Assembly: GCA_019828565.1 (NCBI GenBank)
Contig: JAHDYR010000020.1
Coordinates: 1 to 64,000, forward strand
Length of the DNA stretch: 64,000 nt
Source: Carpediemonas membranifera BICM
Taxonomy: Eukaryota > Protista > Fornicata
Reading direction: 5' to 3'
In this document: one piece after another, positions 12,281 to 21,491 of the stretch
How the letters are laid out: every line of letters starts with the position of its first letter
How positions within the stretch are numbered: position 1 is the first letter of the stretch
Position numbers and translations under genes: made by a program
Notes under the pieces: generated by a model
The model's input: the letters and a program-made list of their open reading frames with translations, nothing else
Told to the model about the DNA's origin: nothing
Databases searched by the model: none

Positions 12281-13044
12281 TTCGATCGAGATTAAAAATC
12301 ACCCGAATTCTAGCTCTGTTCTGGCCGCTGCAGGCACCGCTGGGCGCGATAGAGCTCGGAGCGGCGTTGTCTGCCAAAAAGAGCATATTGCTCCCGGTGA
12401 AAATTGAACCCACGATCTGGAGGCTGTGTACAAAGTCTCTTCCCTCTATGCCACGACCTATGGGAAATCCGCCCTTATTAATCTCCCTACAGGGAATATA
12501 GGCCATTTTGGAGGTATGAGCGACCGGGAGGGGGAGATTGGGGGACATTTATGGTATGGCTGGACTCTACTCGGGCAGACTATTATAACGAGGCTCAGAT
12601 CAGACCTCTACGGCAGCTATACGAGGAGAAACGAGCCAATCAGCGGGCTAGCGGCCCATGGCCGCAGCAGCGCCCAGCCAAACTCAGCTATAGTGTCACC
12701 TGAGGCCCCAAATGACGTGCTGATCAGGTCGACTCCCATCTATTGACTTGGTAATTGCAGAGGGCGTCTGAACGCGATGTCCTAATAACCGACTTGGTCG
12801 GAGCGGTTCGGCGATGACTCCGTTGTATTCCACACCTTCTTCTGATGCCGAAACATGCAGTCCTTTATAGTCAACGCGCGTCCTGTCCGTCAGGCATGAA
12901 GGGCATTCAGCAGAGGCATTGCTGCGGTCTGCAGGCCGCCCTAGCGCTTCAGGATGGCCAACTGCATGATCTGGACCCATGTCTATCAAATCCATTTTGA
13001 TCACATCAAACGTGTGTCAAATCCGGCAAATCGATTTTGCGATT

Positions 13045-13119
13045 AAAAAAGGGGCAGAGGGGAGGAAGCGACCCATAAGGCGTACCTATGGACCATTTCC
13101 TCCCCCCTGCCCGTTTTTT
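13045..13119. repeat. Hairpin with 23 bp arms (2 mismatches)
   Basis: aaaaaaggggcagaggggaggaa ... ttcctcccccctgcccgtttttt. Confidence 0.85.
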
Positions 13120-13283
13120 GAGTCTCAACTCTCAATTCCAATTTGTCCCTATGTTACTTTTTTCTAGCAGGATTTAAAGTTTGATACTGCGCATGCGTAT
13201 TGCTTAGGTATAGCCAAGTACTACCATACCACTTTGAAGATCCAGCTCCGGCTCATCGTCGAGTTCATTTTTTCTTGCAACCG

Positions 13284-13340
13284 TAGATAATCTAGGTTTT
13301 TTAGGCCCTAGATTATCTAGAAAAAATCGTAGATTATCTA
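13284..13340. promoter_or_regulatory. Three palindromic TAGATWATCTA boxes directly upstream of gag
   Basis: Copies at 13284, 13309 and 13330; gag ATG at 13355. Sequence is seen directly; function is inferred. Confidence 0.5.
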
Positions 13341-13354
13341 CCGACTTTCACAGT

Positions 13355-14179
13355 ATGCAACCCCTCCAGCAGTCCCTCATCCTAACCGCAGCTGTCCGAA
13401 AGACGCACAAGCGTAAGCGCAAGGCCAAGCGTCTCGCTAAAGACGACCACGTCCTCAAGCGGCTCGGTAGAGCACTGCAACCGTCCCGTTTTTCTGCCCG
13501 TCTCGACTTGTTCCGTCTTTCCATCTCGTCCTTTACTCCGCAGGAGGTGGTTCGAGTGAACCGACGGTTCAGAACCCTCCTCTCCCTTGTTGATCCCGGG
13601 GTAGACTCTGAGATCCTCTGCGACACCTACGCGCGTTGCTTTAAGCTACCCGATAATTCGCGCGTTCAGTACAAGGTTAAGGATCTCACCGAAGGCTTCT
13701 CCCTCGAACTAGCTATGCCGCGGGTGATTGATATCGCTCGCGATATCGAGGAATCCCGTGCCATGCTGCGTTCCATCGGAATGACCGACAAGCAGTCGTC
13801 AACCAAGGCTAAGTCGGGCAAACCCCATCGCGGTCTTCACCACGAACCCACCCATCCCGCCCCCAAGCCAATCGCCAAGCCTCATCATCAGGATAAGCCA
13901 GCCGCAAGAGCCCCGAACCAACGAGGAGAGGGCAAGCGCGAGCTGGTGTGCTACAACTGCGGCGAGACGGGCCATCCATCCTTCAAGTGCCCGCGGGATC
14001 GTGCCACATGCCCGGTTTGCAAGAAGCAGGGTCACCTCGAGAAGTTCTGTCGTTTTAAGTCCCCAGTAAACGGGGCGAAGTGTTTATTTTCCGCTGCGTC
14101 AGGGTGGAGGGTCGTTGCCTGTAGTCAATGGAGTCATCGAGAAGGCCGAAGTGAAGGTCTTACTAGACTCTGGTGCTGA
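13355..14179 (+). CDS. gag: Gag with two CCHC zinc knuckles
   Basis: CYNCGETGHPSFKC and CPVCKKQGHLEKFC. Confidence 0.9.
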   Translation: MQPLQQSLILTAAVRKTHKRKRKAKRLAKDDHVLKRLGRALQPSRFSARLDLFRLSISSFTPQEVVRVNRRFRTLLSLVDPGVDSEILCDTYARCFKLPDNSRVQYKVKDLTEGFSLELAMPRVIDIARDIEESRAMLRSIGMTDKQSSTKAKSGKPHRGLHHEPTHPAPKPIAKPHHQDKPAARAPNQRGEGKRELVCYNCGETGHPSFKCPRDRATCPVCKKQGHLEKFCRFKSPVNGAKCLFSAASGWRVVACSQWSHREGRSEGLTRLWC

Positions 14180-17132
14180 CTGTGCCACGATATCTCCCGA
14201 TCTGTGCTCCTCGCCAGCCGTTACCAGGATCAACCACGATACTGTACGCATCCAAACGGCAGGTGGAATACGAGAAGCTGAAGGCACCGTATCGGTGCAG
14301 ATCACGTTGAGGCCATCTCCCTTCACGCCACGTGGCTGCGAGCTGAAGATCCGCGCTTTCGTTCTCAAAACTGCGTACGAAGTCAGTTTTGGTTACAGCC
14401 AGATGGTAGAGATCGGACTGCTGCCCTCAATGGCCCAGCCTAGCAACTCGGAGAGCGAAGCAACTGACGATCCTCCCGTCCCGAGCAAGTTTGAAGCTAA
14501 GGCTCTTACCCTCCCCGATGGTATCGCGAGCCAGCAGATCAAGCTGCTCAAGGAGTACGAAGACCTCTTCCGTGACCGTACTGAACCGAGCAAGCTCGAG
14601 CCCTACGACCTATGCCTCAAGGGCGATCGAGTCGTCCACGTACGTCCCTACTATGTTCCGCCCCCAAAGGTCCCGGTTGTCAAGGAACACATCGATACCC
14701 TTCTGGCCAAGAGGTATATACAGGCGTGTCAATCGGCCTATTCCAGCCCAACTATCATCGTACCCAAGAAGGGTGGCAAGACTCGCTTTGTCGTCGACTT
14801 TCGTGAAGTCAACACCATGACAGAGCCATTTGATTACCCCATCCCTCGAATTGACGAAGTTATCACACAACTTTCGGGTAAGCGAGTGTTCGCAACGCTC
14901 GATCTGTCTGCCGGCTACCACCAGATCGCCCTTACTGAGCGTTGCCGGAAGTATACCGCGTTCAGGACTACCTTCGGCCAGTTCCAATATACACGGATGC
15001 CCTTTGGGCTTCGCAATGCCGGTGCTTTCTTTCAGAGAGCGATGGAAAACGCGTTCAGAGGGCTACTTGGGACCGCCTGCATCATTTACATCGACGACGT
15101 GATCGTCATGGGTGCCACGCCAGAGGAATACATCGAGAACCTGAGGAAGGTCCTCCAGCGCGCCCGTGAGTACAAGCTCCAGCTCGGAAGGGACAAGTGT
15201 CAGTTCGGTCGGGCCGAGGTGGAGTTCCTCGGCTGGATCATCTCCGAGGGGTCAGTCAGGATCTCACCAGAGAGAGTCAACGATATCCAAGACATGAAGC
15301 TGTCGCCTACAGTCAAGGGGATGCAAGGTCTAGTCGGATTCTTTAACTACTTCCGCGACTTCGTACCGAACTACGCGACCCGCGCCAAACCACTCGTGTC
15401 TGCAACGACTAACCGTACGGCCGTGCCAGAGAAAGAGCTAGAGGCTGCCCTAGCGGATATCAAAGAAGCCTTGTGCTCGGCAGATTCTTTGGCGATGTTC
15501 GACGCGACCAAACCTCATGTCGTGATGACTGACGCATCCGACGTGGGGTACGGGGCTGTCCTCCTGCAGGAGGGTCGCCCCGTGTGTTATATGTCCAAAG
15601 CCTTCACAGACGTCCAATCCAGATGGAGTGTCGGCGAGAAGGAAGCCTTTGCGATTGTGTCAGCCCTTCAGAAGTGGAGGAAGTTCTTGTCCTGGGAGAG
15701 ATTCGAGCTCCTGACCGACCATCGCAACCTCTTGTACATGTATAGGTCGAGTAACGCTAAGGTGCGTAGATGGGCCGATTCTATTGCAGACCTAGATTTC
15801 GAATTGAAGCACGTGGCCGGTTTAGACAACGGGGGAGCCGACGGTCTGTCGCGCGTATTCTCGCTAGCGTCAGTTGATGAGATCAGCAAAGCCCACCTGT
15901 TCGGTAACGCCCACCTCTCCGGACGGTTAACCATGGAACGTTTGCGGGAAGCCGGTGTTTCAGTTACTCGCCGTGACGTTTACGACTACGTCGCCAAGTG
16001 CCCTGTCTGCCAGGTCTTGGAGAGACCGCCTGTTGAAAAAACAGACGGTCTACACACGGCTGTGGATGCACCGTTCCAGCGGGTGGCAATCGATACTCTA
16101 GGTCCGCTCCCGGAGCGTGACGGCTACAAATACGTCCAAGTCATGATAGACATGTGTTCCAGGTGGACGGAGCTAGCCCCCGTCAAGTCTACCACCGCAC
16201 GCGATGCCGTGGATGCCTTCGTCAACACATGGGTGCTGCGTTACGGTTGCCCACGAGTGCTGCAGTCTGACGGAGGTCCCGAGTTCAACAACGCTCTCAT
16301 GAAGAAGCTGGCACAGGACATGGGGTTCGAGACACACGTTACCACCGCGCATCACCCTCAGTCCAACGGAATGGTTGAGAGAGCTAACCAGATGGTCGAG
16401 AGAGTGCTCAAGGCAAGGAAGTTTGAGCTCAGAAACGGCAATTGGCGTCAGCATTTACCGGTTGCGCAGTTTATTGTCAATTCCATGCCAAGACAACCAA
16501 CACGCCTTTCCCCCGCCGAGATACTGTTCGGGAGCAACATGGCGGTGCCGGAGAAGTTATACGTTACCGAGAACAGCACGGCAGCAGCTCGTACGTCGCA
16601 TCTCCTCGCTGCCGAAGCCGCTACACAATTGGCCAAGGCACGTGTCCTGGCCATGCGCGAAGACGCGTTGGCGAAGGCCTCCACCACCCGCACGGAGATC
16701 TTGTCACGGTTTGTGCTCGTGAAATATCCCTCGCGCCCTCCAAACAAGCTTTCCCCGGGCTGGAGAGGGCCTATGCGACGAGTGTCGTCTGTCAAGCAGA
16801 GCGGTGTTGTAGTAGCCTACATGGTGAAAGACTTAGGTCAGCCCGGAGCGGAACCCATCCGGGTCGATGCGTCTCGCGTCAGAAAGTTCGTCCCCGGCAC
16901 CCTATCAGAGGAACAGATCAAGCAGGTAGCGGCCGCCGGCGTGGAGGAGTGGTATATCGACCGGATATCCAAGTCGCGTGGCACGGGCTCGGTCTCAAAG
17001 AGAGAGTACCTTGTCCATTGGCAAGGATTTGAAGACTCCGAGGCTACCTGGGAGCCATACCGCTCCCTTAGAGACGCTGCTGCTCTGGATGACTTCTTGT
17101 CGTCTGCTCAGGCCAAGTCGGAAGGGTTGTAA
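14115..17132 (+). CDS. pol: Pol: protease, RT, RNase H, integrase, chromodomain
   Basis: LLDSGAD; LDLSAGYHQ, MPFGL, YIDD; TDAS/TDH; HHCC, IDTLG, SDGG, VERAN; WYIDRI...YLVHWQGF...TWEP. Confidence 0.97.
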   Translation: MPVVNGVIEKAEVKVLLDSGADCATISPDLCSSPAVTRINHDTVRIQTAGGIREAEGTVSVQITLRPSPFTPRGCELKIRAFVLKTAYEVSFGYSQMVEIGLLPSMAQPSNSESEATDDPPVPSKFEAKALTLPDGIASQQIKLLKEYEDLFRDRTEPSKLEPYDLCLKGDRVVHVRPYYVPPPKVPVVKEHIDTLLAKRYIQACQSAYSSPTIIVPKKGGKTRFVVDFREVNTMTEPFDYPIPRIDEVITQLSGKRVFATLDLSAGYHQIALTERCRKYTAFRTTFGQFQYTRMPFGLRNAGAFFQRAMENAFRGLLGTACIIYIDDVIVMGATPEEYIENLRKVLQRAREYKLQLGRDKCQFGRAEVEFLGWIISEGSVRISPERVNDIQDMKLSPTVKGMQGLVGFFNYFRDFVPNYATRAKPLVSATTNRTAVPEKELEAALADIKEALCSADSLAMFDATKPHVVMTDASDVGYGAVLLQEGRPVCYMSKAFTDVQSRWSVGEKEAFAIVSALQKWRKFLSWERFELLTDHRNLLYMYRSSNAKVRRWADSIADLDFELKHVAGLDNGGADGLSRVFSLASVDEISKAHLFGNAHLSGRLTMERLREAGVSVTRRDVYDYVAKCPVCQVLERPPVEKTDGLHTAVDAPFQRVAIDTLGPLPERDGYKYVQVMIDMCSRWTELAPVKSTTARDAVDAFVNTWVLRYGCPRVLQSDGGPEFNNALMKKLAQDMGFETHVTTAHHPQSNGMVERANQMVERVLKARKFELRNGNWRQHLPVAQFIVNSMPRQPTRLSPAEILFGSNMAVPEKLYVTENSTAAARTSHLLAAEAATQLAKARVLAMREDALAKASTTRTEILSRFVLVKYPSRPPNKLSPGWRGPMRRVSSVKQSGVVVAYMVKDLGQPGAEPIRVDASRVRKFVPGTLSEEQIKQVAAAGVEEWYIDRISKSRGTGSVSKREYLVHWQGFEDSEATWEPYRSLRDAAALDDFLSSAQAKSEGL

Positions 17133-17175
17133 ACCCTCCTATTCTCATCTCGCCTGATTTATTGTTGATTAGTTG

Positions 17176-18325
17176 TTAGAGTCGGCGGCCCCGACCAGCG
17201 AAGGCAGGTCCAGTACTGCGCGGTTCAACCCCGTGACGAGCAAGGTGCGCTACCACTTCAGGCAATTCTAGCAACTCCGGCGTCGGGTACGACCGTGTCA
17301 CAAACCTGTAGTCTTCCCATTTCAACGTGAGGAGTCGACCACCCGGGCCATTGCGACTGCCAACAACTCGTTCCAGTCGATAAGTACGGAGCTCATCAGT
17401 GAACTGGAGCCCTCCGTCGCCCGTAGTCATGAGTACCGGTACCCACTGTGGATGGGCTTTGAATACCCGCATGACCAAGCGGAATCGCTTCTCCATCTCC
17501 GGTATATCAGAGGACCGGTAGCAAGCCTCTTGAAGCAAAACCATAGACTCCCGGGAAGACGGCTAAGGCCAGGAGGTGGCAGAGGGACTTGTCACCCCTA
17601 CCAGGGAGCTTGCGTCGGATAGCGTCCATCTCATGGTGCCAAGTGGCGGCGCGATGCAGGTCCAGTTCAGGTAGTGCCTGGGCAAGTTTCATGAAGGCCT
17701 GAAGATCGAGCAACACGCGACGCGCACAAGAAACACCCTTAAGTTGGCGTTCGACGTCTTCGAGGGAGAACTCACGCTCGAACCGCTGTTCACGGAGAGA
17801 ATTCATAAGCGGGGTGAGTGTTAGAGCAATCGAATGGGCGTGCTCGCCCAACAGCCGATGGACCAGCCGGTTCAAGTCCGAAACGTCCGTTCCTGAGGCG
17901 TGGGAGAGCTGGCGAACCGTAGTAGTCACGTCAGCAGGCTGGTTGGCTTCGGGCTGGCCGTCTGGCAGCGTTGGGGAGCTGTCATTCCCCGGGGCATCGT
18001 CCGAAGAAGTCGGCGATTCGTCTTCTTCGCTGTCATCGTTCGAGCTCTCGTCTACCGACGAAGCGGGCTCTGAGTGACACACGGGACGGCGCACAAGCCT
18101 CTTGCGCCTCCTGTTGCCCGGCGCTACGCGTGACGATCGCAGATTTTGGATGTCGGAGCCCAATGTTGCACAACGGCGCTGCAGAGAACGCATTCGAGGA
18201 TCATCAGATTCCTCAGAAGCTACTAGCTGCAGCAACCGCGCCAATTCCCCCAAATGTTCCGTCACCATTTGCACCAAGATTGGTGCAAAATGAAACATCC
18301 CAATCCCGAATGGAAAGCCGCTCAA
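17176..18325 (-). CDS. Antisense accessory ORF of element 1 with chromodomain-like C-terminus (frameshift near 17530)
   Basis: Overlapping 272 aa and 122 aa ORFs; RRRKR basic patch, acidic linker, YRLERVVGSR...LTLKWEDY; AATAAAT just after the stop on the minus strand. Confidence 0.7.
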
Positions 18326-18683
18326 ACATGGAGTTATGATCTCTTTATTGTTGTCTTGATGTTGTTTAGTCGTTTAGTAGCTCTATCTGAGCGTAGTCGT
18401 TGTTTACGTATATCAACATAAATACGCCAATTTATTATCGTAAAATTGCTGGGCCCGGGTCAGCACAGTCTAAGGACCCGCCATATCGCTTTTCAGGTAG
18501 AAGTAGTCTGAACCCTAAATTTGCTTTACGTATATCTCGGTAAATAGACTCGAACGATATGTAAAAATCTTGGATCCGTCCTAACATATCAAATACTACA
18601 CATATACCAAGTTTCAGCCAAATCCAAGCCGAGAAGATCACCCCCGTCAAGCCCATGGACAATGGTAGGTCAGAGTGGTTTTG

Positions 18684-18841
18684 GCGAAAATAACAGTGCA
18701 TTGCTGTATTCCAAATGTATGACTTATAGTGCAATGCACTGTTATTTTCGCAGAGCCGAACTTGGAGGTGGCCAGAAACTGACATCGCTGAAAAGCTCAG
18801 AGACGTCGTTATATCATCTATAACGGCATCTCTGAGCTTTT
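18684..18841. repeat. Two adjacent long hairpins (18684-18751 and 18791-18841)
   Basis: gcgaaaataacagtgcattgc/gcaatgcactgttattttcgc (perfect 21 bp); aaaagctcagagacgtcgttata/tataacggcatctctgagctttt (21 of 23). Confidence 0.9.
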
Positions 18842-19599
18842 GGGCGCACGGTTTCATCCTGACGTGGAGATCGATGGTGGTGAAAATGAAGAATTGACTA
18901 GGAGAGCTCTACGCTTGCATGCAGCCTTCTATTAGGTTGTTGATGTTGGTTATATGCTTCTTTTTCGTTCTCGATGCGTGTGGATGAGTATTCTGTTGCA
19001 AGATTCATTTTGATGGACTGATGTTGGTTATAGAGGATAAAGACACCAGAATGGCTCATATGCATGCTATAAACCCGTTCTGTGCCGTTTGAATAGCGTT
19101 ATTCGATAGTCGGTAACACTTGTTGTTCGTTTCACTCGTTGCGATCCTTAAAGTGCACAACAAGAACTGATAAATCCTGGCCCATCTGTGCATGTGACAG
19201 CAACAAAGGGTCTCGGGGCATGAGCAGGAACAAGAATTGGGAACAGCGAATTCCAGGCTGCCTGTCAAAGCGCTAAGAACTGACCCCAGCCAGGTGAAAC
19301 AAATGGAACTTCTCAGAATGTCATAATATTCGCTGGTGTATGAGACTCACTGCCTCCCCTGCTACCCCAATTAGCGATATAGGGACTTAGGGATGTGCAG
19401 TGCAAGGACCGTGATAAATGCGGACGCAGAAGAGGCAGACCTAGCACTTGTGGGGAACACTCACACCCCCGCTAAATCACACGCAAGGTCACCGGAGAAG
19501 ACACAAGCCTCATAAAGTCCACAGGTATGAACTTTTGAGGTCATAACTCTATGCTCTATGGCGGGTGCAATTGTGATAGGAAGTGCGTTGAATGCAAGT

Positions 19600-20880
19600 T
19601 GGAGGTCTAATGCGCTCTAGAGTCTTCTTCTGGTCATCATTCAGCGGATGAGGTAGCGCCCAGGCCGGGTGGAGAGTGGCGAAAATGGTCATTCACGAGC
19701 TTTGGCAGTTACCCGCGTCTCTCGGCTGTGGGATAATGGGATACCGGACCTGTCCATGACCGAACACCAATCGACCTAAAATTGTATTTAATGCGAAAAA
19801 ATTTTTACGATGGTGTCTCTGACCTCCTGCCATGATACAGGTGCGAGAGGTACAAAGTTACTTTTTTGATGTTTTTCTCCCGAGACCATTTTGTGCCACC
19901 AAGAAAAAAAGTGGCACAAATGAGTTTGAAGTTTGTGTGCTGCAGAACTACATTCTGAGGTGTTCAGGGGATGTGTATAGTGTCTAATAAAGTACCCAGT
20001 GCAAACCACCAGCGGCATGATCATCACAATAGCGATTACGAACTGTGAAATTTCACATTTTCACATTTCACGGAATTTTCACGAAACGCGATTACTGCGA
20101 TTGCGACATCTTGGAGCTGAAAAGCGGCAGAAATGCCTGTAACAAGGATCTATAACATATCTTGAAGTTAGACTGCTGATAGCTAGTCTCGTTGTCGAGT
20201 TCTGAGCTTGCACAAAAAAGTTGAATCTGAATTTCACGGTCAATATTGACCTAGATCGCGAAAGTGAAGGTGTAAGAAAAGGCTACCTCGCCAACGAGAG
20301 CAGCTAGAGGAAAATGGTAAAGGGTTTTGCAATCTGCATCCCCTGAGGAGTTCAGTTTCACACAGAAGAGGATTTGAGAAAGCTCCCCTTTCACAACGTC
20401 TTTGGGCACCTTCGCCGGCGTCGATAATGATGAAGCATACCATTAGCCCTTATAGGCTATGATACACATCTACTGTTGGCGAAATGTTCTGCAATGTTGT
20501 CATCGACGAGATATGGTACCACATTTTTTATATCTCAACATTGATGAGGTGCAATCACTAACCGAGCATAGAAGGGTGCTGTATGAAGGTCATATAGCAC
20601 CCCAGTATGTTCAGTTAGAGATTGCACCTCACCAATCCCGAGATCGTGTGATTGAATCAATAGAACCCAGCGACTGAGACATCGCTGAGAGCTGAAACCA
20701 AGAGAGGATGTATAAACAGTAGTACTGAGCTTGCTTACAGACCAGCTTGTCATGACGACCACTTTTCACCAACTACATAAAATGCGTTTCCCTATTTACT
20801 CGCCGATGAGCAAAGTAATGCTCGACAAAGATGTAAGATATGCGTTATTCATCTATAAAGCACCTGCTGTAGTATTTAAA
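19600..20880. repeat. Highly diverged, near-gapless direct repeat of ~24040-25320 (includes a dead copy of ORF 23676-24461)
   Basis: Anchors at constant offset 4441: 20287/24728, 20400/24841, 20463/24904, 20650/25091, 20691/25132, 20776/25217. Left boundary uncertain (possibly ~19260). Confidence 0.8.
20532..20644. repeat. Imperfect hairpin with 54 bp arms (11 mismatches)
   Basis: atctcaacattgatgaggtgcaatcactaac... pairs with ...gttagagattgcacctcaccaatcccgagat. Confidence 0.9.
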
Positions 20881-21491
20881 TCGGCTTCAGGGGTTCTAGT
20901 TTCGGATATCGCCATTTTCACTTCCTCATGATTTCCTCAGGCATCGAAACCCCGTTTTTAACAGTATGTGAGGCCTGAAAATGCCATTTTCAGCACCAAC
21001 CTGATTAATGGCGCAAACAGTTGGAAAGGGGCGGTGTTTCACCATCGTTGTGCTTGGATGGCCATAACCTGCACCCAAGCATTTTAAGGTACGTCACATT
21101 TCGATTTTCGGCGAGGAAAAGCCGAGGAGGGGCAGAACCCCTATGGTAGGATCCTTCTAACCCAGCGGTACCGCGCGATTGTAAGCTGTGCTATTTTGCA
21201 CGTCGTTGTGCTTCTTGTTGTGTCCCCGCCAAGGTCGCAAAAAAGGGGCTCGATCGGTGGTTGGCACCCACCAGGACCGGCCCCCAAGAGCCAACATTCA
21301 CCCCCACTGGCAGTAGCCAGCCGTCAAAGCTCACGCTGGGGTCATGCCTCATTGAGGCATGGAGGGGCAGTGTCATGGGTCTCACCCAAGATTACACAGA
21401 TTTATATATGATATTAGTTAGTCAAGGAGTTTCTCCTCGACACCATTGTGTCGAGTCTTCTCCTCTTGTAAACATAGTTCGTCAAACGAAC

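Larger units (their letters stand above)
13355..18430 (+). mobile_element. Ty3/Gypsy chromovirus-like retrotransposon 1 (gag-pol plus antisense ORF; no matching 5' LTR)
   Basis: Domain order gag-PR-RT-RH-IN-chromo; purine tract then TGT at 17128; termini not resolved. Confidence 0.85.

Noticed and set aside
20221-20931. Cryptic gene in an alternative genetic code
   Set aside because: Stops are of different types and fall at different positions in the two copies; host genes use all three stops normally.
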